This document shows, one piece after another, positions 1 through 15,068 of a stretch of 64,000 bases of DNA. Positions within the stretch are counted from its first letter, which is position 1. Each line of letters opens with the position of its first letter. The stretch lies in assembly GCF_009914755.1 (NCBI RefSeq), contig NC_060933.1; one strand, 5' to 3'. The notes beneath the pieces are model-generated. The model saw only the letters and a list, made by a program, of their open reading frames with translations. It was not told the origin of the DNA and made no database searches. A program made the translations under genes and the position numbers. Origin of the DNA: the human T2T-CHM13v2.0 reference genome, Homo sapiens.

Positions 1-210
<210 letters not shown>

Positions 211-546
211 TAACTATTTCTAACTATCTATTATCTAATAATAGAAATATCTAACTATTTCTAACTAGCTAATAGTGAAGTAGCTATTATCAAGAAATTC
301 ATTTTCTTTTATGGATGAGGAAGCTGTTTCAGAGAGGAAGAGTCATCCCGCAAAGTCACAGAGAGGGTAGAAGGCAGAGCAGGAACCAACAGTCAGATTC
401 TACACCCCACATCCCCTTCCGTACCCCAAGGGCTATTTAGGGAGACATGCCCTCCAATGTGAAGATTTCTAAACTTTTCACTTTTTTCACTTTTAGCAGC
501 GGAACCCTTTATTCAGATAGGATTTTATGCAGAAGCAGCCCTGCTA

Positions 547-1070
<524 letters not shown>

Positions 1071-1779
1071 TTACCTGAGTTCCATAATGCAGAGATCAGC
1101 TGCTCTGGAGGACCTGGGGGTAGAGCAGGGGTGCTGGCTGGGTTCTCCAGGCTTGGCCACCTCCTCATCCCCCAACATCCCAGGCATCTTTGCAGTCCCT
1201 AGGCCACTGGCTGTGGGACATACTTTGAAAACCATTTACACAGTGACCTTAAACAATAGCAAACTGAAATTTTAAAATAATTAAAGAACGGGGATGATCA
1301 AAAATAAAATATACTATCCAATCGATTTTATGCTTATGTTGTTTGATAAGCAAGTTTGCTTTTACCAAACCATGTTTTATGAGTCAAGAAGACGATACCC
1401 TGAGTTAAAAAAAAAAAAATCCTATCCGTATAGAGCTAACACCTCACTTTTTCTTTGAACATGTTTGGAGTGCTTATCTACACAGACAAGTCTTTAATTT
1501 CAGCGGTGTATTCTCAATTCTGAAAGATCAGACTTTCAGATCTTGAGCTGAATTAAGGGTAACACCCCACCCCCCAGCCCTGGTAGCAAACACAGAGATG
1601 TTTGAAGCTCCACTTTTATCCTATTTTAATGAGTTGCATGAGTGTTAAATTTACTGTCGAGCTTCCGTAAGTTCTAAGAGTTCTTCCTGCTTAAATCTAG
1701 CCAATATTAACTCAGAAGCTGGGCAGACTTATTGCACAAGGGCTGTGAGGATGACCCAAAAATATTAGGGTAAGGAGAA

Positions 1780-2070
1780 TATTTATTTTTATACAGTTAC
1801 ACCCTACCTAATTTTACAAAGGATCTGAGGCAGCTTATATGAGCATCTAAAACAACAAAGAAAAACATCAGGGCTGCCAAATACATAGATATATAAAAAG
1901 TATTTGTTTGGGAAAAAAGTAGCTGGGTATGTAGGTCCTATGTGGCATCTAAGTTAAGTTACAAAATTAGCTCTGAGCTTCCTGGCTGCTGGAGCAAGAA
2001 GGAAAACAATGCAAACTTTATTTTGTGTACGAGAAAAAAACCCCACACTAGTTCCTTGGGAAAAATAGCT
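1780..2070 (-). mobile_element. L4 (RTE-X) ancient LINE fragment
   Basis: Resembles the reverse complement of the L4 3' end (caccctacc...aaaggatctgaggcagctta) and agctctgagcttcctggc; recalled consensus. Confidence 0.55.
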
Positions 2071-2224
2071 TTATGTGCCATTTATTACTTTGGCATGGGT
2101 TTACATCTTCCTTGCTCAACAGCTGAGAAACCAGCTAGTGATAACTAACACAAGCTCAGCTAGAATTCCATTCCTGTGGCTTGGAAGTTTTGTTCTCACT
2201 CTTGGGACCAGAGCAGGGCAATTA

Positions 2225-2830
2225 ATTCTCTCTCCAGGTGATCTCATCCATGCACACAGCATCACTCATCCACTGATGACTCCTGACAAATCCTGGCAGC
2301 TCAGACACCTTTCCGAAGCTCTATACCCATCCATCTCAACCTCCACCTGATGGCCTGCTGGCGTCTCAAACTCAAAATAGCCTGAAACTTCCAATTACTA
2401 TCCCATCAAGACTGCGCCCCAAATCTATTTTTTTCTTAACTGTCATTATCCACAGTTACCCACAGTGGACCTATCAGACTTTCTAACTCCTTCCTATTTT
2501 ACCTGTGAATTGTCTCACGCTCACCCCCGGCTCTCCATCTACGCCTACCTTGGCGTAGGCCTGGACAGGCTTAAACCACGGTGGAGGTTTAACTCCACAC
2601 TCCTCTCCTGTTTCGTCCCTCTTCTACTCCAGCTCTTCTGGCTAGAGTGCTTTCTAAAATGCAAATTAGACCACATCACTATCCTACTCAGGAACTCTGC
2701 ATAGATGTTACCTTTGTGCGATTATTTGACTAATGTCTCTTTTTCCCACTAGACTATATGCTTCACGCAGGCCGGAATGGTGTCTGTTTTGTTCAACATT
2801 GTGCACCTGGCAACATATGTGGCACACACA
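2225..2830 (+). mobile_element. L2 fragment
   Basis: Typical L2 motifs: gtgatctcatccat, tctcaaactcaa, tttctaaaatgcaaatt, cccactagact. Confidence 0.75.
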
Positions 2831-4368
2831 AGGGCCCAATAGGGGTGAGGAAAGGGAGAGCTCCTTAACCAGCAAACGCACCCTCCCAAAGCTGACCCTG
2901 GCTTCCTTTCCTAGAGTCCTTCTGTGTCACTTTGCCTCTGCTCTTCCACATACCTCATGCTCCAAACGCATCCCATGATCACACACCACATCCTTCCTTC
3001 CTCACCTTCTTCATTGCTTTTGCCAGTTCTATTCCTTCTGCCTGGACTGTCCTCCTGACACATGCAGGCCTCTGAGTGGCAGTCACTCATCCCAGTGCCG
3101 TGTGCACTCCTGGGTGCTGGGATAGTCTTCACTGGTATCCCCTCTCACCAGGAGCTCAAGGGGCCAGAGGCTGAACTCATCTCTGTACGCCCCAGGAAGA
3201 GCCCAGCCCCTAATCAGAAGCTCAGGGATGCTGGTTAAAGAACCACGAAATGAGCTGAACCCTGCTTCCAGCCACAGGAGCCTTGTGTGGTCTCAGTGTG
3301 TCTCTGACACTGTTTGGCCTGATGGTAAAGAGGTCTCAGAGCTCGATGCCAGGCAAGTGGCACCCATGCACAGGGAGTTGAGCTGCTCCAAGGAAATGCT
3401 CACTGAAGTGGCTGGCAGTCACTCCTGGAGCTTTGGCTCAGGGTTGCCAGGAAGAAGTCTGCTGAGGGCCCGATACATTCAAGAGAGTTTGCAACCAGAT
3501 TCGTAGATGAGGTAGTCTGAGGCAGAATTTAGCTGCAGGAGAGCAGAAAGAATCTCGCCTTTGGGGAGACATAAACATTTTGGGCCTGTTGTGTGCTCAC
3601 GGGAGGTGATATCCCCCGGACAAGATGTCTGCGCCCTAAAAATGCAACAGGACATGGGCATGGAAGGGAAAGAGTCAGGGGAAATGTGACAAGGGGCTTT
3701 TTCTGAAAAGAGCTTAAAGAACAGCATCAGATGTGTGAATTAGACATGGGAAGAAAGTCTATCACATGGTGTAGTGTTACCAGGGTGGGGTGGGGTGGGG
3801 GGTAAAGTGTCCACAGGAGTCCAAAGAGGAAACGGCAAATTCTCCAGGGCGGCAGGTCAGAAAACATGATAAGTGGACACTTCGGCTGCGCCTGGAAGGG
3901 TGAATAGGACTTAGGTGAGCAAATCCTGTCTGTTCAGGGCCCAACTCTTCTATCTTAATCCTGCTGCAAGGCAGTGACGTTGTCACCCAGAACCATGCAT
4001 AAAGGTCTGAATGGCACCAGGCACAGAGGGCTCTTTTCCCTGGAGCAACTCACCTTGTAAGACAAAGGCAATAATCATAGTTTAACTCTCTGTGAGGCAC
4101 AGTGCTACGCACTTCACAACTCTTTTTAACATTCTGGAAACTTTCATGAAGTCGAAATTACACTCAAATTTTACAGAGGAATAACTGAGGTAAAGACATC
4201 TGCCCAGGTGACAGGATTCAGACATTGCAGAGTCAGGGTTAACAGCTGGTGGCTTCCCAAACCCAGGTGTGCAGCATGCATGTGGTCTACTGCAGGCCTG
4301 GCTTCTCCCTGCGGCCTCAGTCCTAAATGCTTGCCCTCAGACCTCCCTGGACAGGAGAGTTCTCTTTA

Positions 4369-4688
<320 letters not shown>

Positions 4689-5229
4689 TAAAATTGGAAC
4701 CCTTTAGGTTCTCCTGCCCACAAAGCACCAGCCCTTCAGTGACAAACAGCTCCTGGGAGTAAACAAACCGCTGTCAAGGCTCTTTCTGCCACAGGCCCAA
4801 GGTGAGGTGCCAAGCCACTCCCACCAGCTCGTCCACCTGCGTCCTGCAAGTAAAAATGGCGGCCCCCACTCCATTGTGCATGGAGAAGAGTAAGGCAAGG
4901 TGTCTCATTATTCTCCCCTGAAGTGCTGATTTAGTTCTACGAGGCTGATTAAGCCCTTTGTCTTCTTAGGTGACATTCTAGGTGCTGGGGCTACTGGCTG
5001 ATAGCAGTGTTAATTCAGGGAATTCAGGCCGTGAGTGTTCAAGCTTAGATCACATTAGCAGAGTTTTCCAAGTATGACCTGAAGGACAGTAAAACACAGC
5101 TGCTTAACCCTGTCGAGAACTTTGTTACAAAAAGACAAGTTTTACTCCTGGATTATCTTCTTGACATATGGAATCCATCGGAAACACTATCATTAATAAG
5201 TTGAATCCTTGTTAACAGGTAAAATTGGT

Positions 5230-5365
5230 GATTTCAAAGGTTTTTGATACTTCCAGAAATAAATGACTCTATCCACAGCATTGCTGATATTTTTATTGGC
5301 ATAAAAATAAAATCTCTCATCAGATTTTTCAGCAAGTTTCCTTGTTCTGAAGACCCATAGAGTAT
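5230..5365 (-). mobile_element. CR1/L3 reverse-transcriptase fossil
   Basis: Minus strand reads as decayed QHGF..KSCLTNL..FY followed by NAVD(R)VIY...QK.F, the CR1 RT xVDVIYLDFxKAFD region. Confidence 0.55.
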
Positions 5366-5494
5366 TACATTCTTCTTTTACTGATTTAATTTTTATCAAA
5401 ATTCTATGTGCACATTTATGAGATTCTTATGAGAAATGGAAAGAATCTCAGACCTCTTTATGGACCTTGCTTAACATTTAAAAGAGTTAATGTC

Positions 5495-5819
<325 letters not shown>

Positions 5820-5975
5820 AAAAGAGCTGATGCCTGCTGGGCTTCATACCTAGGTGATGGGTTGATAGGTATAGCAAACCACCATGGCACATGTTTACCT
5901 GTGTAATAAACCTGTACATCTTGCACATGTACCCCATAACTTAAAAACAATAAAATACAAATTAAAATTAAGAAA
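5820..5975 (+). mobile_element. Old L1PA 3' end
   Basis: tacctaggtgatgggttgatagg...caaaccaccatggcacatgtttacct...cacatgtacccc. Confidence 0.9.
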
Positions 5976-6149
5976 ACACATACTTTTGGAAGATCCATCC
6001 ACACACCCAAACATTTTTAAAGCACTTACTATGGTCTAGGCTCTGTGTTAGGGGAATGCAAACACGAATAAAATAGAGTTGGTACAAACAGTAATAACTA
6101 AATGAGGGATGAGAAGTGGATGAAAATATAGATAATGTAAGAATGGCAG

Positions 6150-6735
6150 AACATTATGTTCATAGCAGCTCTACTCACATCAGCCAAAAGATGGAAGCAA
6201 CCCAAGGGTTCATCTGTGGAGGAGCGGATAAACAAAGTGTGGCATATACACACAAGGGAATATTATTCAGCCCTAAAAAGTAAGAGATCTGATACATGCT
6301 GTAACATAAAGGAATCTTGAAGACATTACGTGAAGTGAAATAAGCCAGTCGCAAATAGATCAACGCTGCATGGTTCCACTTGTATGAGGTACCTAGGGTA
6401 GTCAAACTCACAGAGACAGAAAGAATGGTGCTTGCCAGTAGCTGGGGCAGGGGGAAGGGTGAGTTTTTTAATGGGTACTGAGTTTCGGTTTCGCCAGACA
6501 AAAAAACTTCTGGAGATGGAACAATGTGAATATACTTAATGCCACTAAACTGTGCACTTAAAAATAGTTAAGATGGCAAATTTTATGTATATTTAAGGAC
6601 AATCAAAATTTTTAATTAAAACTTTTTTTTTAACTTAAAAAATAGAATAATGGAATATTTATAGCAGTGGAAGCTGGGAGATGGGTTCACTGACTTTGTA
6701 TAAGTTTGAAATTTTCCATAATAAAAAGTTAAAAA
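6150..6735 (+). mobile_element. L1MB-type 3' end with adjacent older L1ME-type 3' remnant
   Basis: ggaagcaacccaa, gaatattattcagcc, gtgaaataagccagtc, cacttaaaaatagttaagatgg; then gtttgaaattttccataataaaaagtt. Confidence 0.85.
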
Positions 6736-7107
<372 letters not shown>

Positions 7108-7259
7108 CTAGTTCAGGGAGCAAATAACAACAGTACAGTGTGACAGCTAGCACACCAGAGGGCTGGTTTTTGTCTTTGATTTTTTTTTTTTTTTTTTTTT
7201 TGGTAGAGGCATCTGTATGGAAACTTAAAACTCTGTTTCTATTTGATCAATTTAGATGA

Positions 7260-7430
7260 CACAACATGGTGGAGTGAGAATGTGGCTTGGGTGGAAAGAC
7301 CTGCATTTGAACCTTGACCCTGACTGTACTAGCTATGTGCTCTTAGGTGACTAACTTGTCCCTCCTCGTCTGTGACAATTATACAATGCCAACCTACCTC
7401 ACAGGGTTGCTTTGAAGAGTAAAACAGATG
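7260..7430 (+). mobile_element. MIR
   Basis: tactagctatgtg...acctacctcacagggttg core. Confidence 0.7.
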
Positions 7431-7854
7431 ATAAACAAATAGATTCTTTCACCATAGACTTTCAACAAATAACTGTTTCCCCTGAGGGTGGAGATTGGGT
7501 CTTACCAGGGCTGGCAACATAATATGCAAGACCAAATATAAAATAAATATGCAGGAAAAAAGTGCTGTTAAAATATAGAAGTGCCGAACTAAAATATAAA
7601 CCTTTTTTCTTTTATGGTGTCTTTTTAGACCTATCATGATGCTTTTAAATGTACTATTTAATGTCATTATAAGAAAAAATAAAAATGTAAATTATATTGG
7701 CATGAACTTTGTCATTTAGCTTGGCCTTGTGCAATGCCAGTTTTAAATGCTAACTCATATGTACAATTGTATTTTATAGCTTGTACATGCATTTATACAT
7801 TTGTATTTTGTTCTCATCAGACAGTGGAAACACTGCACAAAACTAACGCCATTG

Positions 7855-8165
7855 TTTTTATTTCTTTTTTTCTTTTTTAATTTTTTTAGAGATGGAGTCT
7901 CGCTCTGTCACCCAGGCTGGAGTGCAGTGGCGCGATCTCGGCTCACTACAAGCTCCACCTCAGGTTCACACCATTCTCCTGCCTCAGCCTCCTGAGTAGC
8001 TGGGACTACAGGCGCCAGCCACCACACCCGGCTAATTTTTGTATTTTCAGTAGAGGTGAGGTTTCACCATGTTAGCCAGGATGGTCTCCATCTCCTAACC
8101 TCATGATCCTCTTGCCTCAGCCTCCCAAAATGCTGGGATTACAAGCATGAGCCACCGTGCCTGCC
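7855..8165 (-). mobile_element. AluY/Sc-like
   Basis: caagctccacctc, ttcacaccattctcc, gttagccaggatggtctc diagnostics. Confidence 0.93.
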
Positions 8166-8466
8166 TTTTTATTTATTTATTTTTTTTGAGACAGAGTCTA
8201 CCTCTTTCTCCCAGGCAAGAGAGCAGCGATGTGATCTCTGCTCACTGCAACCTCTGCCTCCTGGGTTCAAGTGATTATCCTGCCTCAGCCTCCTGAGTAG
8301 CTGGGATTACAGGCACCTGCCACCACACCCAGCTAATTTTTGCATTTTTCATAGAGATAGGTTTTCACCATGTTGGTCAGGCTGGTCTCAAACTGACCTC
8401 AAGTGATCCACCTGCCTCGGCCTCCCAAAGTGCTGGGATGACAGGCGTGAGCCACTGCACCTGGCC
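8166..8466 (-). mobile_element. AluS
   Basis: Full reverse-complement dimer in tandem with the previous Alu. Confidence 0.95.
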
Positions 8467-8666
8467 TATTTCACTTCTTGCTATCTGCACATTCTCTATC
8501 TATCTCCAGCTTACTGATGAGAAAGGTAAAGGAACCATGGTTGTTTTATCTTTGCCTTTCCTTCTATGTCATCATTTTCAGGATAAATGGTTGGCTAAGT
8601 ACAAAGTAACATAAATAAGAAATATGATAGGTTTCCTTGGTCATTCATGTTTCTTAGAACATCACA

Positions 8667-8935
8667 GGCTGAGTGGGGAGGATCTCTTGAGCCCAGGAGT
8701 TTGAGACCAGCCTGGGCAACACAGAGAGACCCCGTCTAGACCCCATCTCTTAAAAAAAAAAAAACTAGCCGGGCTTGGCTAGTGGCTCAAGTCTGTCATG
8801 CCAGCTACTCAGGACGCTGAGGCAGGAAGAAGTCTCGAGCCCAGGGCGTCAAGCCTGCAGTGAGCCGTGATCACACCACTGCACTTCAGCCTGGGTGACA
8901 GAGCAAGACGTCTCAGGAAAAAAACCCAAAAAAAC

Positions 8936-8966
<31 letters not shown>

Positions 8967-8968
8967 AA
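8667..8968 (+). mobile_element. AluJ, 5'-truncated, (CAAAA)n tail
   Basis: ttgagcccaggagtttgagaccagcctgggcaac. Confidence 0.9.
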
Positions 8969-9240
8969 CATTATTGCCTTCTTTCTGTATTTGAAGCAAG
9001 TTCTGGTTCTAATGGAAAGTGTGGCCTCTTGGGGCTGTCAGACATGGACATGTTTACTTTGTGAGCACGTAGAGTCCTGCTGAATGTCCCCACATCCTGG
9101 GTCCACTGGAATTTGGTGCTGCAGGCACTAGAAAATTGTATGGGGTTGGGATGGCGAGGCCCCATGGAGACACATGTTCTGTGCGTGTCTCCTTTGCCAA
9201 TGTCCTTACTCTACTGTCCCATTTATAAAACACCAGTTCA

Positions 9241-9677
<437 letters not shown>

Positions 9678-11574
9678 TCAAGGCTCTAAGTGACCTTCTC
9701 CAGCTGCCTTTCTTGCTTATGACACCCTGTCCACCTCACTCACACACACATCTCCTCCTGCAGAGGTTCTGGGCTGTCCACCACACCCTGAGCATTTTGT
9801 GCACTCTCACTCCTGGCTGCCTTCTTCATGGTACTTCCTTGGGGAAACCTTACTTGAATCATTCAGATGAAGAGGACCTCATTTCCCCCTAAATGTCTCC
9901 ACCAACCACCACCTGTACCCAGGTGGACTGTCCCCAGCACACTGCAAGTTCCTAGAAGGCAGGCTCTGATTCATGGTCACTCTGAGAAGTGGCAGATTGG
10001 GGGGTTCCACTCTCAGCTCTGCTCCTTGCTGCTCTTGGTGCCACCCTGGGGAAGTGACTACACCTCTTAGATCCTCATTCTTGTCACATGTAATGTGGGT
10101 AGAGCTACCTGCCTCCGGGGACTGCTGGGGGATTAAGCAGGGATGAATGAGATGGTGGAGGTTCACAGATCTCATCCTTGGCTATTCACCAGAATTACCT
10201 GGGTTATTTTAATCCCCAATGCCAGAGTCACAGATTTTGAAATTCCCCAACTGACTCCAGTGCAGCTAAGGCGGACAACCCCTGGTACAGGTGAAAGTGA
10301 CCAGCACAGAGCCTGGACCCACTTGACAGTCCTTTTTAAAAACTTAAGAATAAAGCAAGCTGGGGAATTTGGCCCTATTTCTCACCAGCAGTCCCATCTC
10401 AGTTGCATTTTGTTTAAATGCCTCCAAATTCCCTGCTGGGGCCTCAGCATCCCTCCCAGAGCTGGGAGGAGAACGCTGTGCTGGTCTGACGGCTTCTTCT
10501 TACAGGGTCAGCTGTGGCAGCTGCCAAGGAGCCAGGGTGAGGTCCCGGCCAACATGGAAAAAGCTAGTGTGGTGTCTGGCCTAAAGAATGCCAAGACCTT
10601 GTTTACCAGAAAGCTGAGAGAGTGGGGACAGCAGGCTTAGATGACAATGACTTCAGGTTAGCCAGACACTGGCGTGAGTGTGAGGAGAAGGCAGCCAAGG
10701 TCTGCTGAGCTCCTGTTTGGGACCAGATGACCTGCATCCTTCACTCACCAAATCCTCGCCAGAAGGGAGATCTTCTGAAATGATTTCCACTTCATGGATA
10801 AGGAAGGGATGCCCATACAGGTGAAGCACATTGCCTAAGGTCCCAGGGCTCATGGTCTAATGACCCCTGAGCCCACACACACTCCTTCCCTGCCCTCAGA
10901 GGGCCTGGGTTACCAGGGATCCCAGGACCATCAGGTGGACTTGGGAAGGTGGGTCACTGCATGGCTATAGTCAGATGACTCTGGCTGGGCTGGGTGGGGA
11001 CATGCCACATTTTGGGGTGACAGGACCAAGGCAGCTTTCTGAACCATTTGCACGGTGGCCGAGGCATGTCAGAAATAGACTCCCAGTCTGGGCCCCTGTC
11101 ACTATAACAAGCCCTAAACAAAGAATCAATGTCTCATCGTGAAGCCAGCTCACTGTTCAGATGATTTAAGTTAGGGGAAATGTGGGTGTCAGCCCAGAGC
11201 TACTCTGATGATTTGCAGGGGCAGGCATGGCCGGGCTGCCAGTATTTGCCCATTCTGGCCGGCCGCTCTGGTATTGACAGAAGCCCCCACACGCGCTTGC
11301 TAGATTACAGTAAAGACATTCAAATCACAGGCGTGTCGGCCCACGCCTCGGCTCCTCTGTGCCAGCAGCCCCTTCCTTCTGCATTAACCGAGACAAACAG
11401 GGAGAAGTCAGGAAATTCTGATTAGTGCAGGAACGGCAGATGAGCTGGGAGGCCTGTGGAAGCTAAGGAGACACAATGAAGGTGGTATTCATGCATACTA
11501 GCGTAAGATTTTCTTCCCATAAGAAATGCAGATGGGAATCGGCTCTAAGAGGAAAGCAGGTGCAGTGATTAAAA

Positions 11575-11800
11575 ACAGCTACCGCTTGCTGAGCCCTAAA
11601 CCAGCACTGGGTGGTTTTACATGCATTAGCTCACTTACTCCTCACAGCATCGCGTGAGGTAGGTAGGATGATGATCTCCATTTTACAGATAAGGAAATCA
11701 AGGCTCTGAAAGGGGACGTCACTTGCCTGAGGGTGAAGAACTGGGCAATGACAGGGCCAGAGTTTGAAACGAAGTCTGTCTGGCCCTGGGGCTCATGCAG
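11575..11800 (-). mobile_element. MIR
   Basis: ccattttacagataaggaaatcaaggct core. Confidence 0.8.
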
Positions 11801-13084
11801 CACAATATTATTTATGTTTGATTAAGAGAGGTAATCACAAGATTGTATTTGACATATCAATGGCCACTCAGGGCTGCCCTAGTAGCAATTCAGACAGGGA
11901 TTCTAAGGTGATGTTGAACAGAAAGGGCTTTGGAGAAATGAAGTGGGTTTTGGCTGCACTCTATGCCTGCTGTAGCCATCTCGGCTCTTGGAGCCTCTGT
12001 TTCTTACAGATACAATGGAGGTAATAGCTATGTCATGCTCTAGGCATTCAACCCCATTACATAGGGTGAGTCCACAGTGCAGCGGTGGCGCAAGGTGAGA
12101 GCTGACATGAGTGAGACGGTGACGACCCCTGTGCTGCCGCAGAGCTACAGCTCTCTCCCTAGCACAGAAACCAAATGGGGGCCCACTGAAATCTCAACCT
12201 CAAACACCTGCTGGCTCAACCACGTGGCCAGCGCCAGGGGTTGCCTCACTCACGCCAGGGGTTGCCTCACTCTCACCAGGGGCCAGATTCCCGGTTTCAA
12301 CACAATGACACTTGCATCCAAAGTCCCAAGAAAGGAAGCGCCAAGCTGATTAGAGATTTCTGTTTCCCTAGTGAGGAGAACACGGTTTGAGGAAGTGCAC
12401 TGGAGAGAGGACACGTGTCAGGGACCTGATAGGCCCCTAGAGCAACAGAATCTATCTGAAACGCAATCAGCCGCAGAACCCACGTAGCTGCAGCAATGGG
12501 AATATGAGACTCATGGATCTCAAGGTAAAAAAGGACATGGTGATAAAACAGAAGAGGCACAAATTCGTCTCCACAAATGAAAAGCCCTAACCCCCTAACT
12601 GAGGAGACAGGCCCCCCTGAAGGTGTGCTGCCCACCCATCGCTTGGTGACACAGTCCTCTGGGGGGTGCTCTGTGGCACTGTCCACATGATTAATTGTCA
12701 GAATTATTTATTAGCCCCATGACTCCCTTATTTATTATCACTCCTCCTCCGAACGTCACTCATGCAGGGCTGAGTCTCTGGTGTTGAAACGGGCCTGGTA
12801 CACAGGAGACTTCGGTAGGAAGTTTCTAGTCGTGAGCACGTGGCAGCATCAGGAACTGGAAAGAGCGCCAGGGGAGTCAAATGCCTGACTTGGTCTGGAT
12901 TCCTTTTCCTTGCCTAGGCCTCGGTTTCTTCCTCCGTAAAATGGGAAGCTTGGAAAGTCTCCAAGGTGCTTTCTAATGTGAATGTGTTGTTTCTAGATAT
13001 AGAAAAGGCTTTTCTTTACGAGGTCTGCCACAACCTCTCATAGAGAAATGTGTCACGATGCACAGTGCATGATGGGAGAGTCGG

Positions 13085-13258
13085 GAACAGTGAAAGACAC
13101 TGCGTGGGAATGCAGGCTCTGCCACTTAACATGTCTGGAACGTGGGGCAAGTCCCTAACCCCTCAGAGACCACCTTCTCATCTGCCGAATGGGGGAGCTA
13201 CTTCCTACTTCACAGGGCTGTGTGGGGATTGACAATCGAGGCATGGAAAGTGCCTAGT
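13085..13258 (+). mobile_element. MIR
   Basis: ggctctgccactt...gggcaagtccctaacc...cttcacagggctg. Confidence 0.65.
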
Positions 13259-14779
13259 GGGGGGCTTGACTCTTAGCGGAGGGGCTAAGAAAGGATCTGT
13301 TTTCCACCCCAAATTAGGATGGTTTCCTGCCCAAAGCAGATGGCAAGTGATTGTACTCAAGCAGCCCCATTTCAGTGCATGTGACACGCGCTACCTGTGC
13401 AGGACATGTGACAGGGCAGTGGAGGCGAGACCGCAACGTACAGCAAGAAGAAAAGGAACCTCCACGAAGCTGCCTGCTAGGGCTGGGACGCCGCAGGACA
13501 TGGCAACTCTCTGTGGCTGCACGTTGACTTCTCGTAAGAACCCTACAAAGACAGGCTCTTGAGCCTCATCTTAGAGAGGAAGGAGCTGTGACTTGACCAA
13601 GGCCACAGAGCTGAAGAACCATAGTCGCACTTGAAGTCAGTTCTCTGACCCCAAAGTCCAGGCTCCTCCCACGACACCCCCGAGCTCTGAGCACGCTCAG
13701 TTACCCAAACACAGTTTTCCCCTGGGCTTCTAGGAAATCCAAGATATGTCAGACGATTTTCTACACAAAAATGTCCTTTTCCATGTTCTGCAGCTGCAGT
13801 CCCAGACCGAGGAATCCAGAATCTCTGGATGGGGATTCTGTACCGCCCAGGGGCTCTGAAGAAATGGGGAAGCAAGTGAATTTCCCTGAGCTCAGTTGCC
13901 TCAGCTATAAATTGGGGAAACTACCTACTTCCTATTGTGAGGTTTAAGGTGATATGGTGTGTGTCAAGCTGCCCGTACTTTGGAGCACACAGCAGGTGCT
14001 CAGGGGAGATCAACGTCCTTTGCGGCTCTTTTGAGATGCCCTTTGTGAGCTGGGCATCATGTCTTGGATGGGGCCTTCTGTACCTGTCATTCCACAAATA
14101 TGGGTGACTGAGGTGACTCTGTCCAGGTGGGGTGGGGTCCAAGAAAGGCCACTGGGGGAGGGGGAGGCATAAAAACCAAGGACCAGGAAGAAGCAAGTGC
14201 TCCCTAACTGGGAAGCAGGTGGAGGGCCTGGTGGGGCAGCCAGCCGGCGGTTCACAGCGAGGAGCTGTGTCACTGGGGCTGGCGGGCACGTCATGGACAG
14301 GGTGAGCAAGGGAGTTGCTGGTTCCCCTCTTCCTCATTTGGGGGCATCTTTCTTGAGAGCCAGAGATCTGAGATGTGGTGGGTGCCAGACCCTCAAAATA
14401 CACACAAAAATATAGCTCCTCAGCATGTCCGGTACACCCCGCCCAGCCCTGAACAGTGCCTCGAGTGTCCAGGGCAGGACTGCATCGAGGGAAACATGCC
14501 CAGGAGGCTTCATTCACTCAGGGCCCCTTGTCCCCCTCAGGCAGCCACTGAGTTGCTCCCATTTCCTTGGCTTTCAGTGCCTGCAGAAGCAAGCAGAGTA
14601 TGGAGTTGGGGAGAAGCCCCCCAAGGTGTGACCCTGCCCACCCCGCCCACCGCGGCTCCTCATTCCCCAAACTTCCTGCATTCCCATAACACGGGGCCAG
14701 CCACGGTTCTCCAGGTAGGTCTGTAAGTCTCCTGCCTTTGTGTGTGCTGGGCCCTCTGTGGGGAGGCCACTCAGGCTGG

Positions 14780-15068
14780 GGAGTCCCCCTTGCCCTTCAC
14801 CCTTGGAGGATTAACCCAGGGCAAGCTGCCCTGGGATGCTTCCTCCTTGCCCGGGGCTGGGTCAGTGTCCCTCCTCTGGGCTCTGCAGCCCTACGCTCAC
14901 CTCTGCTGTAGCATTTATTGCCATGCATTACATTGCCTGGCTGCCGGTCAGATCCTTACTAGATGGTGACCTCCTCAGGGGCAGGCCGTGTCTGACTCGC
15001 CTCTGCACCTCCAGCTTCTAGCCCCATGCCTGGGTCAGAGCAAGCGCTCTGATGCTTGTTGCATGAAT
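14780..15068 (+). mobile_element. L2 3' end
   Basis: ctagatggtgacctcctcaggggcagg...gcttgttgcatgaat. Confidence 0.65.

Noticed and set aside
10506-10536. Plus-strand 31-nt exon candidate (ttcttcttacag ... gtgagg)
   Set aside because: Isolated, with no partner exons or promoter; such pseudo-exons are common.
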